A stretch of 64,000 nucleotides of DNA, from contig CP070632.1 of assembly GCA_020356065.1 (NCBI GenBank), forward strand, positions 265,284 to 329,283, in the 5' to 3' direction. Positions 40,169 through 49,898 of this stretch are shown here, in pieces. A program made the position numbers and the translations under genes. The DNA comes from Nitrospiraceae bacterium (GTDB lineage Bacteria; Nitrospirota; Thermodesulfovibrionia; UBA6902). Below the pieces are notes generated by a model. The model did not search any database, was not told the DNA's origin, and saw nothing but the letters and a program-made list of their open reading frames with translations. The stretch's first letter is position 1, and each line of letters begins with the position of its first letter.

Positions 40169-40418
40169 TATTCCCCCTCCCGATACAATTTGAATGCATA
40201 TTACAAATATTAATTGCATTCGATTTTAAGTCGGAAAATAAGTATATCAGAAAAGAAATGAAACTACTGATTATTGATTAATTGAGCGTGCATTCCCCAT
40301 GTTAACACTTAAATTATCTTCCTTTAAATGGCAACATACATTCATCACGTGCTTTCCTCTTTTCCATGAGGAGGAAAGCGGCTGTACTACTTTTATACTC
40401 TTCATATCATATACACTC

Positions 40419-40775
40419 CTAACGCCGGTATCCCCGTCTCGGTGAACTCCTGTAGCCTCTTCCATAGAACGTGCTGGTGTTTCTGTATCCATACCTGTGT
40501 GGTCTCGTATACTTGTATCCCCTGTACTCACCGGAATAGGGTTTAATATATCCGTATCCGTAATAGGGTTTACTATAACCGTAGTAGCCGCCAAAGCCAT
40601 TTAGATAGAATCCAAATCCTGAATAGCCATTACCAATTACTACATTGAATACTGGAGGGCCGTAGAATCCGGCATACACTGAGTAGCCAGTGTTTCGATA
40701 ATAGTCACCGGCATAAGATACGGATGTAAGCGCCAGGTTCGATATGACTGCTAATCCAATAAGAATTTTCTTCAT
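40419..40775 (-). CDS. Exported Gly/Tyr/Arg-rich low-complexity protein
   Basis: GAGGAGGAG RBS, signal peptide ending SYA, GY-rich body. Confidence 0.7.
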   Translation of the reverse strand: MKKILIGLAVISNLALTSVSYAGDYYRNTGYSVYAGFYGPPVFNVVIGNGYSGFGFYLNGFGGYYGYSKPYYGYGYIKPYSGEYRGYKYTRPHRYGYRNTSTFYGRGYRSSPRRGYRR

Positions 40776-41183
40776 ATCGCTCCTCCTCTCTTCTGACTAT
40801 ATTTTTCTCCTAAAATGTGAACATAATATGAATGTTTCAGGCCTGAGAACAGATTGAAGCCACTTGTATCATAAGATAGACATATGTACTAATAATAACG
40901 GTAAATTGATAATATGGCACATGACAGTCACACTTCTGGGGAATTTGATACCGTGGTAAAATCGGTTACATATCTGATATTGTATATACTCCCGGCTGTT
41001 GTATTGATGCTGGGATGCGGGAATCTGTACCTTGCTCCTGAACCGGGTAACAGAATTGGCCTCACTCTATTTGACGTGTTTCAGAACTGGCAGGACAGGC
41101 CTGATATCACTCAGCAATATTCTCATTCATACCTTACGGTATAAAGCGGATTGCAAATGCCTTCAGGCAGTTAGGCATCCCTC

Positions 41184-41906
41184 TTAATAAAACCTCTTCT
41201 GTCTTGATATTTTGCCGACTATCCACCCCACAAAAAATACACCTCCGCCGGCACCGAACCACCATATCATCTGTGAATGCTTAAGCTCATCATTCTCTTT
41301 CTGGAGTTGTTCAGTCTTAGTCTGTAATTCGATGTTTGACGCCTTAATATTGTCACGCTCATTCACAAGAAGAACAACATCTTTCGCACTATTAAGCAAA
41401 GCGTTATATTTTTCGCTCACATCTTTAAGATCTCTGGAAGTCTGTTCCGCCTTTCCCTGGCTTTCGGACGCGTTCTGCTGGAGATCCCGAATTTTACTGT
41501 TATGGTCTGATCTGGCTGTTTTGAGTTCATCTTGAAGTGATTCCTTATCTTTTTTGTACTGTTCGATCTTTGTGTTCAACCGGGCAATCTCTTTTTCCAG
41601 GCCCGCTATTATTACAGGTTTTGGTGTTTCCCGGGTTATATATTGTTTAAGTACCCAACCCTCGCTTCCACTTTCGGTTCTTACTTTCAGGTAATGTTCG
41701 CTTTCTTCGATAATCTCAAGAGGGGTACCTGCCTTAAGCGTTTTAATAATCTTGTATTCATTGCCCTTGCCTTCCCGCAACGTAATAATCAGTTGATCAG
41801 ACACATATTGTGTATCGGCGCAGACAATGCCAATTGAGACTGTAATAGGAAGAATCATCAATGAAAAGATGATTTCTTTAAACCGTATGATCCGATTGAT
41901 TCTCAT
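41184..41906 (-). CDS. SH3 domain + coiled coil + C-terminal TM anchor protein (TIGR04211/YgiM-like)
   Basis: YVSDQLIITLREGKGNEYKII, EGWVLKQY, WFGAGGGVFFVG. Confidence 0.88.
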   Translation of the reverse strand: MRINRIIRFKEIIFSLMILPITVSIGIVCADTQYVSDQLIITLREGKGNEYKIIKTLKAGTPLEIIEESEHYLKVRTESGSEGWVLKQYITRETPKPVIIAGLEKEIARLNTKIEQYKKDKESLQDELKTARSDHNSKIRDLQQNASESQGKAEQTSRDLKDVSEKYNALLNSAKDVVLLVNERDNIKASNIELQTKTEQLQKENDELKHSQMIWWFGAGGGVFFVGWIVGKISRQKRFY

Positions 41907-42086
41907 ATCAACCCTCCAATAAAAATGCAACGCAAGACTGCTATAAAGCAGAAAAAATGATGATATTGATTATATATGATATTTCATAAATATCTCTGGT
42001 GTCATCCATGACAACTGTAGGAAAGCGGTAATATATGTGATACCATGTGATATATAATCGTTCAATATGCTTCTATAGGGTAAGAC

Positions 42087-42779
42087 ATGTCACACGGGAA
42101 CAAAGAAACGCATTACAGACATATATCAAAAAGCAGGCAATGGGCAAAAAATCAGCAGCTCTCTCATTCTGAACCATCAAAACCAAAACTCGAAATAGTC
42201 CTCAAATGCGATTCAGCAGGCAGTCTTGAGGCGGTTACACAAAGCATCCTGAAGATCGATCAGCCCGCAGTTGATATATCGATTATTCACGGAGAAATCG
42301 GCAATATCCATAAGTCAGACATTCTCATGGCCGACACCGGCAGTGGACTGATCATCGGCTTTCAGGTCGGAATGGAGCCCGGCTTCAGAAGTGAACTGAA
42401 GGCAGCAGGTATAGACGTTCGGCTTTATGATGTGATCTATAATCTAACGGAAGACATAAAAAACCTGGCTGAGAACATGGTCCCCCATTTTGTTGAAGAA
42501 AATATCATTGGCTCAGCCGTAGTGATAGCCCTTTTTAAAAGCGGCCGGAAAGATATAATTGCCGGATGTAAGATTACAAGCGGCTCTCTGGCACTCCACC
42601 AGCGTTACAGAATTATTTCCGCCATGGGCCCTGTTCATTCCGGGACCATAGAGTCAATGCACATTGAAGATCATACAGTGCAAAAAGCGATTAAGGGACA
42701 GGAAGTCGGTATAAAAATAAGAAATTTCAAGAATGTTAAGGTGGGTGATCTTCTGGAAACTTTCAAACCAGGAAAATAA
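42087..42779 (+). CDS. Stand-alone IF-2 C-terminal domains protein (no GTPase domain)
   Basis: VLKCDSAGSLEA, IIGFQV, YDVIYNL, IAGCKI, GQEVGI, VGDLLE. Confidence 0.8.
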   Translation: MSHGNKETHYRHISKSRQWAKNQQLSHSEPSKPKLEIVLKCDSAGSLEAVTQSILKIDQPAVDISIIHGEIGNIHKSDILMADTGSGLIIGFQVGMEPGFRSELKAAGIDVRLYDVIYNLTEDIKNLAENMVPHFVEENIIGSAVVIALFKSGRKDIIAGCKITSGSLALHQRYRIISAMGPVHSGTIESMHIEDHTVQKAIKGQEVGIKIRNFKNVKVGDLLETFKPGK

Positions 42780-42786
42780 TCATATC

Positions 42787-42818
42787 GTCGGGGTATGTTT
42801 CAACATGCCCCGACTTCT
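42787..42818 (+). terminator. Hairpin terminator after the IF-2-like gene
   Basis: gtcggggtatgtt / aacatgccccgac. Confidence 0.65.
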
Positions 42819-42828
42819 GCAAATCCCT

Positions 42829-42934
42829 TACAAAATTGTATGAAAATTTTGTTACTTATCATACCTTAGCGTCTCTCCTGATAAATACTGATACCTTAAA
42901 AACCAGCTGCTTATAACATGGCAACGTTTTCGCT
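42829..42934 (+). promoter_or_regulatory. Sigma-54 promoter with upstream TACA-N4-TGTA site
   Basis: TACAAAATTGTA at 42829; TGGCAACGTTTTCGCT at 42919-42934. Confidence 0.75.
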
Positions 42935-43007
42935 AAGAAGTACAGTATAATTAAACGTTCAACATGAAATTAACCTAATACGTCATTTCAATAAACTGAA
43001 ACTTCAG

Positions 43008-44501
43008 ATGAAAAAGACACATTCACATCAGGAACTTTACCATGAGATTTTCGGGTCCATCCTCGACCGGACTGAAATGAATCCATATCTTTTACTCCAC
43101 ATCAGCAATTACAGGTCGGCACTTAAACAGGCAACTAAAATGATGGGCAACAGAGGATTTGACATGTACGGAGGCGAGGAGCTTGTGGAACGGGAAAAAA
43201 AGCGGGCCGCGAAATATATTGACAATGCTTATCGATACTGCTTTGTTCATATGTTTCCTTTTTTAAAGGAACAGCTTGCCAGACTCATGGACATTAAATC
43301 AACAAAATACAGCCAATATGAGCAGTGTCTTAGGGCAATAAAGACTATAGAGAAAATATTACATGATGAGAACTTTAAGAGAATCATGGAAGCAGATCCT
43401 CGTCACCTTCTTCTTCTTGCTTCATCAAAAAAATATCCGTACGTCTTTTCTGGTTATAAAGATGAGGGATTGACTGTCCCGGCGGAATGGCAGCAAATGG
43501 CATGCGCACTTCTCAAGGTAGCATATCTCATTAAATCAATCGAGGAAGACAGCCAGGACATTAATGATTATGCCCAGCTGGGACTGTTTCTGGAACTTGA
43601 GGGGCAGAGCCTTCATGATCTGTATAACTATGACTGGGCCAACCCGGCACACGTACCTGACAGTGATGCTGCAAAAAGGGCCTTTGTGAAGATCGCAACA
43701 TTCTTTCTTAAGCTCAAGGAATCTGTCAGATCAGTTGCAAATGGGAACTTTTTTATTTTTGACAGTGGTGACGGTGTTGAGATAGATATAATGGAAATTA
43801 AGTCCAGGTTAAAAAGCCCCGCTAGTATGTCGACAAAACTAGGCAAAGACGTTGAAGGTGAAGCCCATAATATACGCGATATTCTGGCTATAACTTTTAT
43901 AATAAGAAATATTGATGATACACTAAAGCTCATTCATGCCCTTCAGAAAAGAGGAGTAATACTGCAGGAAAACACCCTTTCGTCATCTCTGACCCAGACG
44001 CTTTTCGCCAACCCGGAAAGCATGTCACGGGCAGTAAAAAACCTTATCATTAGCCTATCGAAAAGCGAAGGAATGGACCATCCAGTTACTGACAGGGACT
44101 TACAGTTCAATACGCATGCATTTTATAAAGCCCTCAGCATGAATGCTGCTAAAAACCCGTATACAGCTGCAGGACATAAAAAATTACAGTGCAAAATCAA
44201 CTTTTCCGTTCCCATTCATCGTTCTTCTGTTACAAATGAAATTATGATTCCAGGCACCGCGGCTTATAAAGAAAGGGGCTTCCGGAAGATCATGACCGAA
44301 CAGCATTCACTTGCACTGGAGCTTCGCATATCAGATGAACAGAGCTGGATGGATTCAGAATATAAGCAGGACTCTCACCATGATGCATATAAATTCCGGC
44401 AGATGGTTTCGGTCATGAACAGGGTATTCAAGAAGAACTTCCAGTTCCCGGAATCAGATTTTAATGCTTTGAGAGAAGATCAGAAGAAACTCTTTTCATA
44501 A
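43008..44501 (+). CDS. Divergent RelA/SpoT-synthetase-like nucleotidyltransferase (TIGR04552/TIGR04562-like)
   Basis: SRLKSPASMSTKL, IRDILAITFI, LELRIS, HHDAYKFRQ in RSH order. Confidence 0.55.
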   Translation: MKKTHSHQELYHEIFGSILDRTEMNPYLLLHISNYRSALKQATKMMGNRGFDMYGGEELVEREKKRAAKYIDNAYRYCFVHMFPFLKEQLARLMDIKSTKYSQYEQCLRAIKTIEKILHDENFKRIMEADPRHLLLLASSKKYPYVFSGYKDEGLTVPAEWQQMACALLKVAYLIKSIEEDSQDINDYAQLGLFLELEGQSLHDLYNYDWANPAHVPDSDAAKRAFVKIATFFLKLKESVRSVANGNFFIFDSGDGVEIDIMEIKSRLKSPASMSTKLGKDVEGEAHNIRDILAITFIIRNIDDTLKLIHALQKRGVILQENTLSSSLTQTLFANPESMSRAVKNLIISLSKSEGMDHPVTDRDLQFNTHAFYKALSMNAAKNPYTAAGHKKLQCKINFSVPIHRSSVTNEIMIPGTAAYKERGFRKIMTEQHSLALELRISDEQSWMDSEYKQDSHHDAYKFRQMVSVMNRVFKKNFQFPESDFNALREDQKKLFS

Positions 44502-44669
44502 TATCAGCGTATCGGGTTCCATTATCAGTTAATCCACCCCCCTGTAATAATGAGTTAACGCATGGCGCCGGAGATCGCGTCTTCTGCAGATTGGGCAGAA
44601 TATTATGGAGGTTGGACCTCCATATACGAAGGGCATGGTGCAACTTGTCCCTCCAACCTTCAGTTCACG

Positions 44670-44774
44670 TTCAATTTCGTATTACAATTTTGTAGCTTAT
44701 CATACTTTATTGTATATTAAATAACTCCTGATACATTAAATATCAATTAGTTACGAATTGGCATGCTTTTCGCA
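44670..44774 (+). promoter_or_regulatory. Sigma-54 promoter with arrayed upstream sites and an IHF site
   Basis: TACAATTTTGTA 44683, TACTTTATTGTA 44703, IHF-like TATCAATTAGTTA 44741, TGGCATGCTTTTCGCA 44759-44774. Confidence 0.8.
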
Positions 44775-44815
44775 AATAATCCTCCCATGAGTTCATTGAA
44801 GGAAAAGATAAAGTT

Positions 44816-44971
44816 ATGGAAAAGGAAGAAATAATACTTGCCCTCATGGAATGTGACGGTGTCCAGGCAAGGGCCGCAAGAAAACTTGGTATTACTGAAC
44901 GCATGATCGGCTACAAGATCAGGAAATACAATATTGATTTAAGGGAGGTGGTGAAAGACAGCAAACAGTAG
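44816..44971 (+). CDS. Stand-alone Fis-type (NifA C-terminal-like) HTH microprotein, copy 1
   Basis: MEKEEIILALMECDGVQARAARKLGITERMIGYKIRKYNI...; upstream ATG 44787 is out of frame by one base. Confidence 0.75.
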   Translation: MEKEEIILALMECDGVQARAARKLGITERMIGYKIRKYNIDLREVVKDSKQ

Positions 44972-45040
44972 ACAGGAGTTAGCAGTTAGAAGTTACTAAA
45001 CAGAATAACAAACCCAATAAAAAAGGAGATAAGAAAGAAA

Positions 45041-45763
45041 ATGATGATGAAAGCAGGTTTGATACTATGTTTTATGTTTGTCCTGGTGTCGGTTTCAGCA
45101 CTCAATGCAAATGCATCAGAAACTTCGGGTGAGGCATCCATCGGCATATACAACAGTTATATGTGGAGAGGATTCGAACTGCATGAGGATGTAGCCATAC
45201 AGCCTTCAGTCGGGATTACCTATGGCGCATTTGGAGCTAACCTTTGGTCTGATTACAACGCTGATAGCAAAGAAGCTGTAGAAACGGACCTCACATTAAA
45301 CTATACCCACTCAATAGATAAGATAGGGCTTGACATTGGGTATATATATTACGGGCTGGATGGGGCAACTGATACTCAGGAGATTTACTTCGCAGTCAGT
45401 TACGACACACTGTTAAGTCCATCACTGACATTGTACTATGACTTCGATGAGGGAGACGGGGCCTTTATCGTTGCATCGGTTGGACATGATATACCAATCA
45501 ATCAAGATATAGCTGTAAGCCTCGGAGCCTCCATCAGCTATAACGCAGAAAGTAAATATGCTATTGGAGATTACAGTGCACTGCATAATGGTGAAATTTC
45601 AGTTTCTACAAGTATTCCTGTATACAAAGTGATATCGATCTCTCCCATAATTGCATACTCTTTCACATTAAGTGATGATGCCAAGGACGCGGTGCAAAGT
45701 CTCAATGCAGACGGTGACAACAACTTCTTTTACGGGGGCGCCAGCGCATCTGTAAGCTTCTAA
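45041..45763 (+). CDS. Outer-membrane beta-barrel, putative porin (TIGR02001/TorF-like)
   Basis: Signal peptide, YMWRG, AIQPS, ETDLTLNY, GYIYY, C-terminal Phe. Confidence 0.75.
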   Translation: MMMKAGLILCFMFVLVSVSALNANASETSGEASIGIYNSYMWRGFELHEDVAIQPSVGITYGAFGANLWSDYNADSKEAVETDLTLNYTHSIDKIGLDIGYIYYGLDGATDTQEIYFAVSYDTLLSPSLTLYYDFDEGDGAFIVASVGHDIPINQDIAVSLGASISYNAESKYAIGDYSALHNGEISVSTSIPVYKVISISPIIAYSFTLSDDAKDAVQSLNADGDNNFFYGGASASVSF

Positions 45764-45787
45764 CATCTATGAACAGGAGGAATAAAA

Positions 45788-47119
45788 ATGATACGATTTA
45801 CAGCAATATTAACCTTAATATTTACCCTGTCAGTACCATTTATGGTATTTGCAGAAGAGGCAGCACCTGCAGGTCCATCTCTCGGATTGACGATCAGCAA
45901 TGTCTGGATGATGGTTGCAACCTTTCTGGTGTTTATCATGCACCTTGGATTTGCTTCACTTGAGGCAGGCCTGACACGCTCTAAAAACACCGTAAACATA
46001 CTTTTTAAAAACACGCTGATACCGGCTATCGGCCTTTTGACCTATGCATGGTTCGGGTTTAACCTGATGTATCCCGGAACATTCAACGGAATACTGGGTT
46101 TCGCCGGATTCGGTCTCCCCTTCCCCACAGTTGGAGGGGCACTTGACCTTTCATATAATGAAGGCTATACCTACTGGACAGACTTTCTGTTTCAGGGGAT
46201 GTTTGCTGCAACCGCTGCTACCATAGTATCCGGTGCAGTTGCAGAGAGGATCAAGCTTAATTCCTTTCTGGTTTTTTCAGCCGTGTTTGTAGGCCTTGTC
46301 TATCCCATTCTCGGTTCCTGGAAATGGGGCGGTGGATGGCTTGACAGCATGGGATTCTATGATTTTGCTGGCTCAACCCTTGTCCACTCAGTAGGTGGCT
46401 GGGGAGCTCTCATCGGCGCCATTATGCTGGGTGCAAGAAAAGGCAAATATGTTGACGGCAAGATCAAACCCATACCAGGTCACAGTATGCCGCTTGCAAC
46501 AATCGGTGTATTCCTTCTCTGGCTGGGCTGGTTCGGATTTAACGGTGGTTCAGTATTAAGCGCTGATCCTGCACTTGTCTCACTAACGCTGGTGACAACC
46601 TGTATTGCTGCAGCAGCCGGCATAATAGGTGCCATGCTGACTACGTGGACTATATCCAAAAAACCTGATCTCTCAATGGTACTTAACGGCTGCCTTGCCG
46701 GACTGGTCGGGATAACTGCAGGTGCTGATCAGATGGGACTGGGTTCGTCATTCTGGATCGGCCTGATTGCCGGTGGTCTGGTTGTTGTGTCGGTCATGAT
46801 GATTGACAAAATGAAAGTTGATGATCCTGTCGGAGCTGTGCCTGTCCACCTTGTCTGCGGCATATGGGGCACCCTTGCAGTAGGTATATTCGGTGCAATG
46901 GCAGGCATGAAGCAGTTCGGTATTCAGCTGCTGGGAGTTGGAGTTTACGGAATTACCACAGCACTTGCAACACTGATCATCTTCTCAATGGTCAAGGCAA
47001 CAATGGGTCTGCGTGTATCAGAAGAAGAGGAAGTGGAAGGTCTTGACCTTGGTGAGCACGGCCTGGAGGCATATCCTGATCTTGCATTACAGCCTGGTGC
47101 CAAGAGCAGTGCTTTATAA
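45788..47119 (+). CDS. amt: Ammonium transporter 1
   Basis: FLFQGMFAAT, GAVAER, DFAGSTLVH, WFGFNGG, DDPVGAVPVH. Confidence 0.95.
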   Translation: MIRFTAILTLIFTLSVPFMVFAEEAAPAGPSLGLTISNVWMMVATFLVFIMHLGFASLEAGLTRSKNTVNILFKNTLIPAIGLLTYAWFGFNLMYPGTFNGILGFAGFGLPFPTVGGALDLSYNEGYTYWTDFLFQGMFAATAATIVSGAVAERIKLNSFLVFSAVFVGLVYPILGSWKWGGGWLDSMGFYDFAGSTLVHSVGGWGALIGAIMLGARKGKYVDGKIKPIPGHSMPLATIGVFLLWLGWFGFNGGSVLSADPALVSLTLVTTCIAAAAGIIGAMLTTWTISKKPDLSMVLNGCLAGLVGITAGADQMGLGSSFWIGLIAGGLVVVSVMMIDKMKVDDPVGAVPVHLVCGIWGTLAVGIFGAMAGMKQFGIQLLGVGVYGITTALATLIIFSMVKATMGLRVSEEEEVEGLDLGEHGLEAYPDLALQPGAKSSAL

Positions 47120-47160
47120 ACTTAAGTCCCCGAACGAATTGGACGGGATATCTAACTAAT

Positions 47161-47271
47161 CCTCCCCCTTGACGGGGGAGGTCGGAATCGACTCGTACCG
47201 AGAATAAGGTGGGGGGTGAATGATTGATTTGCCCCCCTCACCCTCACCCTCTCCCGATTGGGGAGAGGGGA
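47161..47271. repeat. REP-like palindromic element pair
   Basis: cctcccccttgacgggggagg ... ccctcaccctcaccctctcccgattggggagagggg. Confidence 0.7.
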
Positions 47272-47276
47272 TATAA

Positions 47277-47630
<354 letters not shown>

Positions 47631-47666
47631 TCACAGGAGAGTAATGCACACCGTTAACCTTGTATC

Positions 47667-47704
47667 CATGCTGGACCCCTGCGGCTTAGTAAGGGTCCAG
47701 CATG
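47667..47704 (+). terminator. Hairpin after glnK
   Basis: catgctggaccc / gggtccagcatg. Confidence 0.6.
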
Positions 47705-47738
47705 AATCTTGATACATTGATTAAAAAACAGATCGCAA

Positions 47739-47844
47739 TACAAAAATGTATTACATTTATGTAGCACAAAGCAACATAAATGTAATTCTTTCAAGCTTCA
47801 TCTTCATAACTTTCATAATTTTATAAGCTGGCACGGTTTTAGCG
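47739..47844 (+). promoter_or_regulatory. Sigma-54 promoter with three upstream TACA-N4-TGTA-type sites
   Basis: TACAAAAATGTA 47739, TACATTTATGTA 47752, AACATAAATGTA 47773, TGGCACGGTTTTAGCG 47829-47844. Confidence 0.8.
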
Positions 47845-47863
47845 TTGTCTTTGTATAAATAAG

Positions 47864-48049
47864 ATGGTTTCATTGAAAATGAGAGTAGAGACATACGAAA
47901 AAGACATCATCACAAAAACGCTCAAAGAATGTAATCATGTAAAGGCGCAGGCCGCCAAGAAACTGGGCATTACCGAAAGAATGATCGGTTACAAAATAAA
48001 AAAAAACATTAAAGTCCTGAAAGGAGATATTGAAAGTAATGATTATTAA
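47864..48049 (+). CDS. Stand-alone Fis-type (NifA C-terminal-like) HTH microprotein, copy 2
   Basis: SLKMRVETYEKDIITKTLKECNHVKAQAAKKLGITERMIGYKIKK; overlaps the next amt start. Confidence 0.8.
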   Translation: MVSLKMRVETYEKDIITKTLKECNHVKAQAAKKLGITERMIGYKIKKNIKVLKGDIESNDY

Positions 48050-49364
48050 AAAAATTTTTACAGCATTCATGTTATTGGTCCTGGGGCTGCCGCTTAAAGC
48101 GCTCGCGGAGGAGACAGCATCAATAAACAGCGGTGATACCGCCTGGATGATAGTGGCAACCGCACTGGTCCTGTTCATGACCATACCGGGACTGTCACTT
48201 TTTTATGGCGGCCTCGTGAGATCAAAGAATGTACTCTCTATCTTTGTCCAGTGTTTTGCCATTACTTGCCTTATGTCAGTTTTATGGGTCATATATGGTT
48301 ATAGCGTAGCGTTTGACGGAACAGGCATGGAGGCGGGAGCATTTAATTTCCACTCGCTCTTTGGAGGACTGAACAAAATGTTCCTGTCCGAAGTTGGAGT
48401 TGACAGTGTATCAGGAACAATCCCCGAGACAGTATTTCTTATTTTCCAGATGACCTTTGCAATCATTACCCCTGCATTAATGGTAGGGGCTTTTGCTGAA
48501 AGGATGAAGTTCAGCGCAGTCATGCTTTTTGTAACAATATGGTTTACGTTTTCTTATCTTCCCATATGCCATATGGCATGGGGTGGTGACGGGGCACTGT
48601 TTGCCAATTGGGGTGTACTTGATTTTGCAGGAGGTACCGTTGTCCATGTGAATGCTGGTATTGCTGCTCTTGTGGCCTGTCTCATGGTAGGCAAGCGAAA
48701 AGGGTTCGGTGAAGTAGCAATGCTTCCGCATAATGTCCCATTCGTCATCATCGGAACAGGCATGCTCTGGGTCGGATGGTTTGGGTTTAATGCCGGAAGT
48801 GAGCTGGCAGCTGACGGTACTGCCGGTATGGCCATGCTTGTCACCCAGATTGCAACAGCAACTGCGGCACTCAGCTGGATGTTTGTTGAGTGGATCCGTT
48901 CAGGAAAACCGACCGCTGTCGGTATTGCGACGGGCGCTGTTGCAGGGCTGGTAGCTATTACCCCTGCCTCAGGAACAGCCGGCCCCATGGGAGCTTTGCT
49001 GATCGGAGCAACATCGGGAACACTCTGTTATTTTGCTGCCACATCCATGAAGAGGGCACTAGGATATGATGACAGCCTGGATGTTTTCGGTGTTCACGGC
49101 GTGGGTGGCATGATTGGTGCAACGTTAACCGGTCTGTGTGCAGCAGAATTTATGGGAGGTGCTGGAATCGAAGCAGCAAGCATTGGTGCACAGATATGGG
49201 CACAGATCAAGAGCATTATTGTAACGCTCGTATGGAGCGGTATTGTAGCACTCATTGCTCTTAAGGTTATCGATGCTGTAATAGGTATCAGGGCTGAAGA
49301 CAGTAACGAGGTTCAAGGGCTGGACATCAGTGACCATGAGGAAGCAGGGTATAATATTTCGTAA
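48030..49364 (+). CDS. amtB: Ammonium transporter 2 (AmtB type)
   Basis: GDTAW, PGLSLFYGG, FQMTFAIIT, DFAGGTVVH, DDSLDVFGVHG. Confidence 0.96.
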   Translation: MKVMIIKKIFTAFMLLVLGLPLKALAEETASINSGDTAWMIVATALVLFMTIPGLSLFYGGLVRSKNVLSIFVQCFAITCLMSVLWVIYGYSVAFDGTGMEAGAFNFHSLFGGLNKMFLSEVGVDSVSGTIPETVFLIFQMTFAIITPALMVGAFAERMKFSAVMLFVTIWFTFSYLPICHMAWGGDGALFANWGVLDFAGGTVVHVNAGIAALVACLMVGKRKGFGEVAMLPHNVPFVIIGTGMLWVGWFGFNAGSELAADGTAGMAMLVTQIATATAALSWMFVEWIRSGKPTAVGIATGAVAGLVAITPASGTAGPMGALLIGATSGTLCYFAATSMKRALGYDDSLDVFGVHGVGGMIGATLTGLCAAEFMGGAGIEAASIGAQIWAQIKSIIVTLVWSGIVALIALKVIDAVIGIRAEDSNEVQGLDISDHEEAGYNIS

Positions 49365-49424
49365 CAGAGGCTTTTGAAATTATATTTGAATGTATACGTT
49401 TTTATTGTTCTTTGACAACTTAAT

Positions 49425-49518
49425 ATCCCTACAAAATTGTAGGGATTACAATTTTGTAGGGATAAGTGTGCCCTTACACCATGTAAATTAAAGGTTTTTA
49501 TGTGGTACGCTTCTTGAT
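49425..49518 (+). promoter_or_regulatory. Probable sigma-54 promoter with tandem upstream sites
   Basis: ATCCCTACAAAATTGTAGGGAT palindrome, TACAATTTTGTA 49447, TGGTACGCTTCTTGAT 49503-49518 (GA rather than GC at -12). Confidence 0.65.
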
Positions 49519-49559
49519 GTCTCACTCCCGTATGAAAATTAAACACCGGGAGGAAAGCA

Positions 49560-49898
49560 ATGAAAATGGTTGCAGCTGTCATCAAGCACTTTAAGCTGGA
49601 TGATCTAAGAAAGGCCCTGACAGAGATAGATGTCCAGGGGATGACCGCTATCGAGGTCAAGGGATTTGGAAGACAGAAGGGACACATGGAAGTATACCGC
49701 GGCGTAGAGTACGAAGTGCAGTTTCTGCCAAAGATCAAGATCGAGGTAGCAGTCTCAGAGGAAAAGCTCGATGATGTGCTGAAGGTGATCATGGAAAGTG
49801 CAAAAACAGGAGAGATAGGTGACGGCAAAATTTTCGTATACAGTCTGCAGGAAGTCATCAGAATCAGAACCGGGGAAAGAGGTGAGGGAGCACTATGA
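49560..49898 (+). CDS. glnK: PII nitrogen regulatory protein
   Basis: PII signature motifs; ATGA overlap with the downstream amt. Confidence 0.95.
   Translation: MKMVAAVIKHFKLDDLRKALTEIDVQGMTAIEVKGFGRQKGHMEVYRGVEYEVQFLPKIKIEVAVSEEKLDDVLKVIMESAKTGEIGDGKIFVYSLQEVIRIRTGERGEGAL

Noticed and set aside
40914-41144. 76-aa plus-strand ORF
   Set aside because: No RBS or recognisable motif; left uncalled.
44502-44669. Hairpins and short ORFs between the RSH-like gene and the next promoter
   Set aside because: Only a short atggagg/cctccat stem and featureless ORFs on both strands; nothing supports a glutamine riboswitch or a gene.
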